The notes under the pieces are model-generated. The model was not told the DNA's origin, made no database searches, and saw only the letters and a program-made list of their open reading frames with translations. Of a stretch of 64,000 nt of DNA, positions 16,407 to 26,077 are shown one piece after another (the first letter of the stretch is position 1; each line of letters begins with the position of its first letter). The position numbers and the translations under genes are program-made. The stretch comes from Alphaproteobacteria bacterium (lineage in GTDB: Bacteria > Pseudomonadota > Alphaproteobacteria > Rs-D84), in NCBI GenBank assembly GCA_017427405.1, contig JAFRSV010000016.1, positions 31,333-95,332 on the forward strand. Reading direction: 5' to 3'.

Positions 16407-18824
16407 ATGTTCAAAAAAATTTTGTTGGGTATTTCTGTTTTACCAGTGCTGGCTATTATGCCGGCGGTGGCGGTGGAAATTACGGAAAGAATCGTGTTGG
16501 ATACTGACACGACATTGACCGGTATTTCTGCAACAAATATAGATGCCTCTGATAGTTGGGGGGCGGCGTATTACATAGAATCTGGAAATATAGTTATTGA
16601 TAATAGTATCTTTTCTGGTAATACTGCGGATACGTCGGGCGCTATAGAACTGCAAGGCCCAAAAACAGGGACAGCGACAACACTTACTATTACGAATTCT
16701 GCTTTTAATGGCAACACTGCTTTGACGAGTAGCGGCGCAATAGAAACTTGGACACGAATGAATTTGTTGCATATTGATAATTCATCTTTTACCGGTAATA
16801 CAGCGTTGGCCTATGGTGCGATTTCTGTTTTTGGCAAGGCGGGTGTTAACCAAATACTCAATTCGGCTTTTACAGAAAACAGCGCAACGGAAACAGAATC
16901 TGGGGTGGATGCAGATGGCGGTGATGGTGGCGCAATATTTTTAGGGTCAGAGGCGAAATTACTTGTTGATAATGTGACGTTCACCGGTAATACAGCGGCC
17001 AATGATGGTGGTGCCATTGCAACCAGAAGCGAAAAACAGGCACAAACAACGTCTGGATTAGAAATTCAAAATTCAAAGTTTTACAGAAATATAGCCGATG
17101 GTAGAGGTGGGGCAATTTATGCCAATATTTCGCACAATACGAATCTTGATGGGGCGGCGCAGATTAGTAATTCAACATTTGTTGAAAATAGTGCGAATCA
17201 GGGCGGCGCAATCTATAATGATTTCAAGGATTCTGCCAATACTGTTTCCAATTTACAGATTGTTGATTCTAGCTTTACATCGAATACAGCAACGACCAGT
17301 GGCGGCGCGATTTATAATGCGGGGAATTTAACTTTTGCTGGGGTAAATAACTTCACAGGTAATATCGCGGGTGGTGTTGCAAATGATGTTTACAATAGTG
17401 GAACAATATTGTTTGCAGAAGATTCTGTTACCACAATGGATGGCGGTGTCAATGGAGACGGGACAATGTGTATTGATACAGGTGCAACGTTGAATTTGGG
17501 TACGGCATCTATTGTTCAATCAGGTCTGACATTGGATGGTACATTAAATGCGGTGTTGAAAAATGCCGATGAATTTGCTTCGTTTAATATTACCAGTTTG
17601 TTTGACGGCGACGGAATTTTGAATTTAGATTTGCGTGGCGCGGGTGAATATACCGTATTCCAAGGCGAGGTTTTTGATAATGAAAATGTTACGGTGTCAT
17701 CTACGGTCTTTGATTATGATTGGAATGATGATTTTGACACGATTACTGTGACATTGAAATCGGTTGAGGATATCGCATCAGAAAATGGTTTGAGTGGTGA
17801 TTCAGCGCAAACGGTTGCGAACTTGGTAAATTCTTCATCTGAGAAACTAAACGAATTTGCGAATGTTATCCAAGATTCTCTGGCAAACGGTGATACAGAT
17901 GCGGTAGAACATGTGTATCGTGCAATTCATCCGGAAACGGAGTCCGTGGTGCAATCGGTTAATGTATCGATGCAGAATGCAATTGCAAATTTAGTCGCAG
18001 GTCGTATGTCTTTCGGACGTGTAATCGGTCGCAGTGGTGGTGCGACGCCCGCGCGCAACGGCGTTTGGGTCGAAGGTTTGTATAATAAATCAAAGCACAA
18101 TGATGCGTTTAATGGATATACCCGTGGAATTGTCGCTGGTATTGATACACAAATCACACGTGGTTTGATGTTGGGCATTGGGTATTCGTACGCACATTCA
18201 GATGTTTCCGCAACCGCGCGTAATACCGAAATTGATAGCAATACAATCTTTGCCTATGGTCAGTATAAACCGGCGGCGTGGTATGTGAATGCGATGTTAA
18301 ATTATACTATGTCTGATTACAGTGAAAAGTCCGATGTATTGGGGGTCGCGATAAATTCGGACTTTGATGTTGACGCGTTCGGTGGTGCGGTTATGACTGG
18401 TTATGATTTTGTCGGTGGAATCACACCGGAAATTGGTATGCGATATATGCATATATCGGCGGACGAATACGAAAATTCTTTGGGCGTAAAAAGCAAATTG
18501 GATGATGCGGATTATTTGACCGGCGTGTTGGGCGCAAAGTATGCGTTCGATTATCGCGTGTCCCGCGGGTTTACGTTGCGTCCGGAATTGCGTGGTGCCG
18601 TAAAGTACGATATGCTTTCGGATAAACAGGTTGCGACGATTACCATGCCGGGCATAAATTCATATGTTTTGAACGGAAATCGTTTGTCGCGTATGGGCGC
18701 AGAGTTTGGTGCGGGTCTTGTTATGAAGTATCAAGATTTCAGTTTGGCATTGAACTATGATATCGAAATGCGCGAAGATTATACATCACAAACCGGTCGT
18801 GTCCGCGCAAGATATGTGTTTTAA
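16407..18824 (+). CDS. Autotransporter with polymorphic-membrane-protein (Pmp)-type repeats (GGAI / FxxN) and a C-terminal beta-barrel translocator ending in F
   Basis: Signal peptide MFKKILLGISVLPVLAIMPAVA. More than 10 repeats of F[TSN]xN[TS]A...GGAI[YFA]. C-terminal ...RARYVF*. RBS AAGGAGAG. Confidence 0.75.
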   Translation: MFKKILLGISVLPVLAIMPAVAVEITERIVLDTDTTLTGISATNIDASDSWGAAYYIESGNIVIDNSIFSGNTADTSGAIELQGPKTGTATTLTITNSAFNGNTALTSSGAIETWTRMNLLHIDNSSFTGNTALAYGAISVFGKAGVNQILNSAFTENSATETESGVDADGGDGGAIFLGSEAKLLVDNVTFTGNTAANDGGAIATRSEKQAQTTSGLEIQNSKFYRNIADGRGGAIYANISHNTNLDGAAQISNSTFVENSANQGGAIYNDFKDSANTVSNLQIVDSSFTSNTATTSGGAIYNAGNLTFAGVNNFTGNIAGGVANDVYNSGTILFAEDSVTTMDGGVNGDGTMCIDTGATLNLGTASIVQSGLTLDGTLNAVLKNADEFASFNITSLFDGDGILNLDLRGAGEYTVFQGEVFDNENVTVSSTVFDYDWNDDFDTITVTLKSVEDIASENGLSGDSAQTVANLVNSSSEKLNEFANVIQDSLANGDTDAVEHVYRAIHPETESVVQSVNVSMQNAIANLVAGRMSFGRVIGRSGGATPARNGVWVEGLYNKSKHNDAFNGYTRGIVAGIDTQITRGLMLGIGYSYAHSDVSATARNTEIDSNTIFAYGQYKPAAWYVNAMLNYTMSDYSEKSDVLGVAINSDFDVDAFGGAVMTGYDFVGGITPEIGMRYMHISADEYENSLGVKSKLDDADYLTGVLGAKYAFDYRVSRGFTLRPELRGAVKYDMLSDKQVATITMPGINSYVLNGNRLSRMGAEFGAGLVMKYQDFSLALNYDIEMREDYTSQTGRVRARYVF

Positions 18825-18858
18825 TATTGTAGGCGAGTAGTGTAAAAGGTTAGTGTTA

Positions 18859-18886
18859 GTACGGGCGCGAAATGCGCCCGTATTTG
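18859..18886. terminator. Hairpin terminator (TACGGGCGCGAAATGCGCCCGTA) bracketed by family A repeats, between convergent genes
   Basis: GC-rich 9-bp stem followed by TTTGTAT. Confidence 0.6.
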
Positions 18887-18921
18887 TATATTACTTACAG
18901 TAACCACTTGCCCTGATACTA

Positions 18922-20022
18922 TTATGCGGCTTTCTTGATTCCGGATTTTATGTTGCGGATGTATTTGCGTAATTCGTCGATTGAAACCAATGTTCCGTCG
19001 CGCTTTTGCGCCGACCAATAATCCCAACCGTTATAACTTTGACAATGTTGAATGCGCGCCGCCATGACGTGGATTGATGCCTTGCCATATAAACTGTGCA
19101 CCAGGTTACCGTCGTTCGCAATCATGACGCGTTCGCCACGCGGACTGACCAATGTTTGGCCGACATAGAGCAAACCGCCGTCAATAAGTTCGCGGAATGC
19201 AACACGGATTTCGTCGCGTTTGGGTTTGGAAACTTCGATATTCGAAAGGTCGATTGGTGTGACGCGTGCCACGCGTTCGCGTGCGGCGGTGACATATGAT
19301 TCTTCGCGTTCGATGCCGATGAATTTTCGCCCAAGTTCCCGCGCGGCGGCGGCGGTTGTTCCCGAACCCATAAATGGGTCCAAAATTATGTCGCCTGGTT
19401 TTGTTGATGCCAAAATTACACGGCGTAGTAAATCCATTGGCTTTTGCGTGTTGTGCAAACTTTTGCCGTTTTCGTCTTTTAATCTTTCTTCGCCAAGGCA
19501 AATGTTCATGTCCCAATCGGAACGCATTTGTTTGCCACCGTTTAATTTCTTCATCGTTTCGTAATTAAATGTGTATTTGCCGGTTTTTGTTGGTGTTGCC
19601 CAAATCAATGTTTCATGCGCGTTCGTAAATCGCGTGCCACGAAAGTTCGGCATTGGATTTGTTTTAACCCACACGACGTCGTTCAAAATCCAAAAACCCA
19701 ATTCTTGCATAATTGCGCCAACCTGAAAGATATTATGATATGACCCGATTGTCCACATGGCGCCGTCCGGACGCAAAATACGTTTGCATTCCGCCATCCA
19801 TTCGTGCGTGAATTTGTTATATTCGGCGGGCGATTCAAACGCGTCCCACGTGTCGCGCACCGCGCGCGCGGCGGTTTGATCTTCGGGGCGATAAAGTGTT
19901 TTTTGCCCAAGTTGTAAATTATATGGTGGGTCTGCAAATACCGCATCAACCGAAGCGTCTGGAATTTCGCGCATAATTTCCACGCAATCGCCAATCAAAA
20001 TTTGGTTAAGGTATTTGTTCAT
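18922..20022 (-). CDS. ccrM: CcrM-type N6-adenine DNA methyltransferase (GANTC-specific family)
   Basis: N-terminus MNKYLNQILIGDCVEIMREIPDASVDAVFADPPYNL with the DPPY motif, plus the C-terminal DNA-binding extension typical of CcrM. No adjacent restriction gene, so an orphan methyltransferase. Confidence 0.85.
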   Translation of the reverse strand: MNKYLNQILIGDCVEIMREIPDASVDAVFADPPYNLQLGQKTLYRPEDQTAARAVRDTWDAFESPAEYNKFTHEWMAECKRILRPDGAMWTIGSYHNIFQVGAIMQELGFWILNDVVWVKTNPMPNFRGTRFTNAHETLIWATPTKTGKYTFNYETMKKLNGGKQMRSDWDMNICLGEERLKDENGKSLHNTQKPMDLLRRVILASTKPGDIILDPFMGSGTTAAAARELGRKFIGIEREESYVTAARERVARVTPIDLSNIEVSKPKRDEIRVAFRELIDGGLLYVGQTLVSPRGERVMIANDGNLVHSLYGKASIHVMAARIQHCQSYNGWDYWSAQKRDGTLVSIDELRKYIRNIKSGIKKAA

Positions 20023-20184
20023 TGATTCTCTCGTCCGTGACTAATTATACCATATTTTTGGGGTAAAAAATTTTGCCGGATTGGTGCATATGTGAAAAAA
20101 AGGTCTTGATTTTTATAAAAAATGCATTTTTTTCGAAATAAAAATTGCTTTACACAATCGCAACAGATTGCTACATTATGCGGT

Positions 20185-20685
20185 ATGAGATGTCCATACT
20201 GTAATTATGCCGATAGTCGGGTCGCAGATTCGCGGCCGGATGTGGAAAGTGGAACAATTCGCCGCCGCCGTGTGTGTAATCAATGCGGTGCGAAGTTTTC
20301 AACCGTGGAACGCGTGCAGATGCGTGATTTGGTTGTGAAAAAAAATAGTGGTAAAACCGAACCGTTCGATAGGGATAAATTGCGGCGCAGTATAAAACTT
20401 GCGTGTCATAATCGTGATGTGGGTGATGAACAGATTGAACGCCTGGTTGCGTCGATTCAGCGGAGACTTGAAACCGAAATGGCCGACGATATGGTGACAA
20501 GCAGCCAAATCGGCGAAATGGTTTCAGATTCTTTGTTGAATTTGGATCCGATTGCATTTGTGCGCTTTGTGTCCGTGTATCGCAAGTTTTCACGGGTTTC
20601 GGATTTTAAGAAAATTATTGATACTATACCAGAGGTGACCGACGAAACAATCGTTTGCAAATTACCAAAGACAACATTGTTTTGA
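20185..20685 (+). CDS. nrdR: Transcriptional repressor NrdR
   Basis: MRCPYCNYADSRVADSRP... Zn-ribbon followed by an ATP-cone. Start placed at the conserved MxCPxC. Confidence 0.85.
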   Translation: MRCPYCNYADSRVADSRPDVESGTIRRRRVCNQCGAKFSTVERVQMRDLVVKKNSGKTEPFDRDKLRRSIKLACHNRDVGDEQIERLVASIQRRLETEMADDMVTSSQIGEMVSDSLLNLDPIAFVRFVSVYRKFSRVSDFKKIIDTIPEVTDETIVCKLPKTTLF

Positions 20686-20702
20686 TTGGTGGGGGGATTT
20701 TC

Positions 20703-22430
20703 ATGAAAAAGATTTTTGTTTTCATCTTTTCGGTGCTGTGCGCGGTGGGGGCGTTTGCAAAAACCGAAATTGATGTATTGTCGGATGCGGATGAAAGTTT
20801 GTATTCGCAAATTTTTACTTTGCAAGATTCTGAAAAATTTTCTGCGGCGGAAAAGTTGCGGCGCCAAGTTGCCGACCCAATTTTGATGAGTGAGGTTTTA
20901 TATCAAAAATTTTTTTCCAAAACATATACCACCAAAGGCGCCGAAGCAAAATCGTGGATGGATAAATACGCCGATATGCCGGGCGCGGTGCGTGTCGAAA
21001 AATTGGCGGCGCGCAAAAAGACCAAGGTAAAAAAGGCCGTTGTGCCGGCGATGCTGTCGGGGAATCAATCCGTTGAAAATGCGCAATCGGAAACATGGAC
21101 GGAAAAAAATTATTCCGGTGCGACCGATAAAAAAATTACAAAATTCAGAAAAGCAATTCGCAGTGGTTCGACCAAGACCGCGCGGAATATATTGGAAGAA
21201 AAAGGTTTTCGGAAAAAATTGGCGGCGTCTGATTACGGGCGTCTTGCGGGGCGACTTGCATTTGTTTATTACACGAACGGTGAATTCGAACTCGCAAAAA
21301 AATGGGGAACGATTGCGGCGGATGCGGATTCAGAGTTTGGTCTTTGGACGATGGGGTTGTTGCAATTCAAAGAAGAAAATTATAATGAAAGTGAAAAGTA
21401 TTTTGCGGAAATTCTTGAATTGCCACAGATAAATAATGCAAGAAAGACCGAGGCCGCATTTTGGGCCGGACGCGCCGCAGATTTGAATGATGATCGGTCG
21501 GATGCAAAAAAGTATTGGCGTATCGCCGCCGCGCATCCGATGGCTTTCTATGGGGCATTGGCCGCGACAATGTTGGGCGATGTGCCGGAATACGAATTCT
21601 TTGAACAAGAATTTACCGATGATGATGTTGAAGAATTGCGGCGCGACAAGTATGGAAAAATCGCGCTTGCATTGCTTCAGGTAAATCGCAAGGAACGCGC
21701 CGAAGAATATCTGAAATATATGATGAATGTAAATGTGTCGGACCGCGCGTTGCATGCAATAAATTCGGTCGCGACGGCGTATGGGCTTTCGCGTGTGTCG
21801 ATTTTGTCGTCGGGCATTATTCGTGATCGTGGAATTTTGGAAATTGATGAAGACGTGATTTACACCACGCAATACCCGTTGCCGGATTGGGAACCGATGG
21901 GTGGTTGGTCAATCGACAGGGCATTATTGCTTGCCATCATTAAACAAGAAAGTGGTTTTAGGGCCGGTGTTAAATCGGGGGCGGGTGCCAAAGGCGTAAT
22001 GCAATTGATGCCTGGGACGGCGAAATTGGTGGCGCGCGCGAACAAGGTTAAAATGTCTGATATTGATATGTCGAACCCGGAACACAATATGTTCCTTGGG
22101 CAACAGCATATTGTTGATTTGCTGACGCATCCAAATGTGAACAACAATATAATCAAAATGCTTGCGGCGTATAATGCGGGCATGGGGTCGGTTGTGAAAT
22201 TTGAAAAATCTTTTTCGACCGAAGATCCGTTGTTATATATCGAAAGTTTTCCGGCGTATGAAACGCGCGGATATATCAAACGCGTGATGGCGAATTTGTG
22301 GCTTTATCGGGCGCGTTTGAATCAGCCACTTACGACACTAAAAGTTTTGGCGGACGCCCAGTGGCCATTGTATAGCAGTGAAGACGAATATGTTCGCAGT
22401 GACATTGATGATATCCCGTATTCGATATAG
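20703..22430 (+). CDS. Soluble lytic murein transglycosylase (SLT domain) with signal peptide
   Basis: C-terminal SLT motifs ...IIKQESGFRAGVKSGAGAKGVMQLMPGTA.... N-terminal superhelical region. Confidence 0.7.
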   Translation: MKKIFVFIFSVLCAVGAFAKTEIDVLSDADESLYSQIFTLQDSEKFSAAEKLRRQVADPILMSEVLYQKFFSKTYTTKGAEAKSWMDKYADMPGAVRVEKLAARKKTKVKKAVVPAMLSGNQSVENAQSETWTEKNYSGATDKKITKFRKAIRSGSTKTARNILEEKGFRKKLAASDYGRLAGRLAFVYYTNGEFELAKKWGTIAADADSEFGLWTMGLLQFKEENYNESEKYFAEILELPQINNARKTEAAFWAGRAADLNDDRSDAKKYWRIAAAHPMAFYGALAATMLGDVPEYEFFEQEFTDDDVEELRRDKYGKIALALLQVNRKERAEEYLKYMMNVNVSDRALHAINSVATAYGLSRVSILSSGIIRDRGILEIDEDVIYTTQYPLPDWEPMGGWSIDRALLLAIIKQESGFRAGVKSGAGAKGVMQLMPGTAKLVARANKVKMSDIDMSNPEHNMFLGQQHIVDLLTHPNVNNNIIKMLAAYNAGMGSVVKFEKSFSTEDPLLYIESFPAYETRGYIKRVMANLWLYRARLNQPLTTLKVLADAQWPLYSSEDEYVRSDIDDIPYSI

Positions 22431-22439
22431 TGGTGTGAT

Positions 22440-23060
22440 ATGGTTGTGGTTGCGGATTTTTCCATTGAAAATGAAATAGGTGCAAACTTTATTGCCGGAT
22501 GCGACGAGGCCGGACGCGGTCCACTTTGTGGTCCCGTTGTTGCGGCGGCGGTAATTTTTCCGAACCGCGAAATTGAAATTCCGGTGGTAATAAGGGATTC
22601 AAAAAAAATGTCCGCGGCGCAAAGGGCGGTCGCCTATGATTGGATAACAAAAAATACAATTTGGGCAACCGGCGAATGCACATCGGCGGAAATAGATGAA
22701 TTGAATATTCTTTGGGCATCAATGCGTGCGATGGAACGCGCGGTGGCGGGTTTGTCACGGGCGCCGGAACTTTGTTTGATTGACGGGAACCGCGTGCCGG
22801 CGGGGTTGCGGGGCAGGGCGATTATAAAGGGCGATGCAAAATCGCTTTCCATTGCGGCGGCATCCATTATTGCCAAGGAAACGCGTGATAAAATTATGCG
22901 GGAACTTGCACAAAAATTTCCTGAATACGGTTGGGACCGGAACGCCGGATACCCCACCGCAGAACATTTATTGGCAATAAAAAAATATGGCATTACGAAA
23001 CATCATCGGCGAACATTTGGACCGGTGAAAAAATACATTGAAATCCGCGAAAAATCTTGA
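22440..23060 (+). CDS. rnhB: Ribonuclease HII
   Basis: GCDEAGRGPLCGPVVAAAV... motif (DEAGRG). Confidence 0.85.
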   Translation: MVVVADFSIENEIGANFIAGCDEAGRGPLCGPVVAAAVIFPNREIEIPVVIRDSKKMSAAQRAVAYDWITKNTIWATGECTSAEIDELNILWASMRAMERAVAGLSRAPELCLIDGNRVPAGLRGRAIIKGDAKSLSIAAASIIAKETRDKIMRELAQKFPEYGWDRNAGYPTAEHLLAIKKYGITKHHRRTFGPVKKYIEIREKS

Positions 23061-23084
23061 CTTTTTGTGTTTTTTTGGTACAAT
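23057..23084 (+). promoter_or_regulatory. Sigma-70-like promoter TTGACT-N16-TACAAT preceded by CGAAAAATC. The same upstream box occurs at 24205.
   Basis: The string CGAAAAATCTTGAC is identical at both promoters. Confidence 0.55.
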
Positions 23085-23113
23085 TTTTGTGCCAAAAAAC
23101 AAAGGAGTTTGTC

Positions 23114-23323
23114 ATGGCAGAAAATAAAGAAAATGCAGTTTATTATTCTGATGGGGAAATCCATTTTGTGGTCACTAATATTAAAACAAAACATGAACCG
23201 ACGGAACGCAGTAATGACGAGATATTGCGCATATTTAACAAACGCCGGCCGTATTGTCCAAATGATTTCAAAAAGCAAACATTTATTCCAAACCTGCGAC
23301 ATATTGATGAAAAACAACGGTAA
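23114..23323 (+). CDS. Small protein P1 (69 aa) carrying the C-terminal RRPYCPxDF...FIPxL motif. Paralog of P2 and P3.
   Basis: RBS AAAGGAG. Motif KHEPTERSNDEILRIFNKRRPYCPNDFKK matches KPTEKSHKEILEWVNERRPYCPGDLKN in P3. Confidence 0.5.
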   Translation: MAENKENAVYYSDGEIHFVVTNIKTKHEPTERSNDEILRIFNKRRPYCPNDFKKQTFIPNLRHIDEKQR

Positions 23324-23338
23324 ACAAAGGAATCTAAA

Positions 23339-24001
23339 ATGATGGATGCTTTTTCGAAAATAATCGAAAAATTAAATATTGCAAAGCCAGAATTATATTT
23401 TACGCCGGATGAAAACGGTGGCGGTGATCGGCATGTCCGATATGGTTTTTACGAGATAAAAAATAGTTGTTTCGGACCGGTCATGTTTCGTTTTTATGAA
23501 GACCGCTTGGTTGACGGCAGCCCCATATCGGTGGTTGCGGTACGTGTTAAAAATTCGAATTTTGAACACAGAGAATATGACATGGTACACAATGAAAAAT
23601 TTTATGCCACATTAAATTTTCTGCAAAAGGCGAATAAAACTGATACCAAGATTATCTCAAAGGTGGCGTCGAATAATTGGAATAAATTTCTATCAAAACC
23701 GAATCCAAATAGTAAATTAGATGTTCGTCCAGGGATAACCGCATTACAATCTTTTGAGGCATTTATGACGGTGGTAGATCGGCACAGACCATATGAACCA
23801 TCCGATTTTGTGCCGGAAAGTTTTATTCCGGATTTGGTGATTGCGTTGTTGGTGACGGCAAACTTTGCGGGCGCGCCGGTTTGGTTGAAAAATGCCGTAC
23901 CACAGAATAAAAAGGTTGCCACCGTTGCAAATCAACAACCGCGCACACAGGCAAATTGTATAAATTATTTTACGGCATTACAGAAAGTAAGAGGATGTTA
24001 A
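23339..24001 (+). CDS. Protein P2 (220 aa) with a related motif (VDRHRPYEPSDFVPESFIPDL), otherwise unknown
   Basis: RBS AAGGAA. Begins 15 nt after the P1 stop. Confidence 0.5.
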   Translation: MMDAFSKIIEKLNIAKPELYFTPDENGGGDRHVRYGFYEIKNSCFGPVMFRFYEDRLVDGSPISVVAVRVKNSNFEHREYDMVHNEKFYATLNFLQKANKTDTKIISKVASNNWNKFLSKPNPNSKLDVRPGITALQSFEAFMTVVDRHRPYEPSDFVPESFIPDLVIALLVTANFAGAPVWLKNAVPQNKKVATVANQQPRTQANCINYFTALQKVRGC

Positions 24002-24059
24002 AATGGTGACGGAAAAAGGGCAAGAAATGATTTCAGCAAGCAATTCAAAGCACCTAGAA

Positions 24060-24113
24060 TTGTCATTGCGGCGTAGGCCGCAATAGGGTTCCGAGTCAAG
24101 CCCGGAATGACAA
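24060..24113. repeat. Palindromic element TTGTCATTGCGGCGTAGGCCGCAATAGGGTTCCGAGTCAAGCCCGGAATGACAA (family B). Near-identical copy at 28831-28884.
   Basis: Exact repeat with a single substitution, and TIR-like ends TTGTCAT...ATGACAA. Confidence 0.75.
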
Positions 24114-24213
24114 TAAATAACCCTATGGCGGACCAGAATCACCCAAAAAATGCTTTGCATTTTTTGGGGCCCGATGCTCGTCATGACAAAAACGCTAGAA
24201 CCCCCGAAAAATC

Positions 24214-24241
24214 TTGACATATGGGACGAAATTTGTAGAAT
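24214..24241 (+). promoter_or_regulatory. Sigma-70-like promoter TTGACA-N16-TAGAAT for P3, with the same CGAAAAATC upstream box
   Basis: Read directly. Confidence 0.55.
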
Positions 24242-24267
24242 GTTCGTGTGTTAACAAAGGGTAAAAT

Positions 24268-24705
24268 ATGTCAGAAAAAGAAATACAAGATAAAGTTTTC
24301 AATGTGTTATATAGACATACCGGGGTTATGCCGGACAGTATAAAAACAACAGATGGTTTGTGGAAAATTATGGATTCTGTTGACACAATGGGGTTTGCTC
24401 GTGATATATGTGAAGAATGTAAACTGGACAATTTTTATTTTTTCTATTGCGTAGCATTTGAAAATATAAAACCATTAACGATTGACACGATTGTAAAAGC
24501 AGTTATTGAAACGGAAAAGCATAGTATAAAATATAAAAAAGAATTTAAGGTTTCTGATTTTACAGATGTAAAACCGACCGAAAAATCTCATAAAGAGATT
24601 TTAGAATGGGTCAATGAACGCCGTCCATATTGTCCGGGTGACTTGAAAAATGTTCGTGGTACTAAGGGACTTTTTCCACGCATACCAGAAAGAGGTTCAC
24701 GATAA
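24268..24705 (+). CDS. Protein P3 (145 aa): N-terminal acyl-carrier-protein-like domain (DSVDTMGF Ser motif) fused to the RRPYCP C-terminal module
   Basis: EIQDKVFNVLYRHTGV...DGLWKIMDSVDTMGFARDICEECKLD aligns with ACP helix 1 plus the DSLDTVEL phosphopantetheine site and the acidic helix 3. Confidence 0.5.
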   Translation: MSEKEIQDKVFNVLYRHTGVMPDSIKTTDGLWKIMDSVDTMGFARDICEECKLDNFYFFYCVAFENIKPLTIDTIVKAVIETEKHSIKYKKEFKVSDFTDVKPTEKSHKEILEWVNERRPYCPGDLKNVRGTKGLFPRIPERGSR

Positions 24706-24730
24706 TTTACGAACAAAAAAAGGAAAGGAA

Positions 24731-25900
24731 ATGAAACTTAGAACAATTGATGGGCTGTCATTGCGGGGCAAGTATGTTTTGCTGCGCGATGATTTTAATG
24801 TGCAAATTGTTGATGGCAAAATTACCGAAGGGTTCCGTATTGAACGGAGTATGCCCACGATAGATGCGTTGCGTAATGCGGGCGCGCGCGTGGCGATTTG
24901 TTCCCACCTTGGGCGGCCAAAGGGCGCGCCGGACGCAAAGTATTCGTTGCGTGGGGTTGCGGATTATATGAAATTGCCATTTGTCGATGATTGCCTGAAC
25001 CGTGATTTTATGGCGGGTATGCATGATGGCGATGTGGTGCTGCTTGAAAATGTGCGATTCTATGCGGGCGAAGAAGAAAATGACCCGGCGTTCGCCGAAA
25101 AATTGGCGCACGGTTTTGACGTCTTTGTGAACGATGCGTTCGCGGTTTCGCATCGCGCGCATGCCAGTACCGTTGGCGTGACGAAATTTTTGCCGTCCTA
25201 TGCGGGGTTGTTATTGCAAAGTGAAATTGAAAACCTGACGCGCGTGATGGAAAACCCGAAACACCCCGTTCTTTCCATTGTTGCAGGGTCCAAGGTTTCA
25301 ACGAAAATCGGCGTGTTGCGCGCACTGGCGAAATTGTCGGACACGATAATTGTTGGTGGGGCGTTGGGGACGACGTTTAATTATGCACTGGGCGGGGCGG
25401 TTGGAAATTCGCTGTATGAACCGGACCAGAAAGAAAACGCACTTGCCATTATGGAATACGCGCGCGAAAATAATTGTCGGTTTTTGGTGCCGCTCGACAA
25501 GGGTGTTGGACCGGTTTTTGAACCGAACGCGCCGCGCACCGATAAAGATATAGCGGATATCGCGCCGGACGATGTGATTATTGACGGTGGCCCGAAAACC
25601 GCAGAGCGCGACGCGGTGGAAATAGGGAACGCCGCAACGGTGATTTGGAACGGGACGGTTGGCATGGCGGAATGGCAACCAACGTGGTCGTTTGGTTCGT
25701 TTGCGATTGCGCGCGCGATTGCCGATAATACGCGCAGTGGGAAATTGGAAAGTATTGTTGGTGGCGGCGATACGGTTGCGGCCCTGGACGCGTGCGGTGT
25801 GATGGGTGACATAACGTATGTTTCGACCGGCGGCGGTGCGTTCCTTGAATTTATCGAAGGGCGCGAATTACCCGGCATAGAAGTGCTGCGGGAGTGTTAG
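24731..25900 (+). CDS. pgk: Phosphoglycerate kinase
   Basis: MKLRTIDGLSLRGKYVLLRDDFNV... with PGK motifs throughout. RBS AAAGGAAAGGAA. Confidence 0.9.
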   Translation: MKLRTIDGLSLRGKYVLLRDDFNVQIVDGKITEGFRIERSMPTIDALRNAGARVAICSHLGRPKGAPDAKYSLRGVADYMKLPFVDDCLNRDFMAGMHDGDVVLLENVRFYAGEEENDPAFAEKLAHGFDVFVNDAFAVSHRAHASTVGVTKFLPSYAGLLLQSEIENLTRVMENPKHPVLSIVAGSKVSTKIGVLRALAKLSDTIIVGGALGTTFNYALGGAVGNSLYEPDQKENALAIMEYARENNCRFLVPLDKGVGPVFEPNAPRTDKDIADIAPDDVIIDGGPKTAERDAVEIGNAATVIWNGTVGMAEWQPTWSFGSFAIARAIADNTRSGKLESIVGGGDTVAALDACGVMGDITYVSTGGGAFLEFIEGRELPGIEVLREC

Positions 25901-26072
25901 TGTAAGTTCCCCTCCTGTGGAGGGGTGCCACGGCACCGCCCTCGGTGACGGGCGGGGTGGTTAGAGAATACGGAATAATAACGAATGCTCCGACCACCTC
26001 CCGGTGTTCCACACCGTACTCCTCCAACGGAGGAGAACTTTGCGCTCTGGAATTTTCTGGAAATGGTGGGTT
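25893..26072. repeat. Second copy of the roughly 190-bp family C element, between pgk and a convergent Cys-rich gene
   Basis: Shares ...gtgttagtgtaagttcccctcctgtggagg... and ...ggaggagaactttgcgctctggaattttctgg... with 2464-2657. Confidence 0.6.
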
Positions 26073-26077
26073 AGTTG

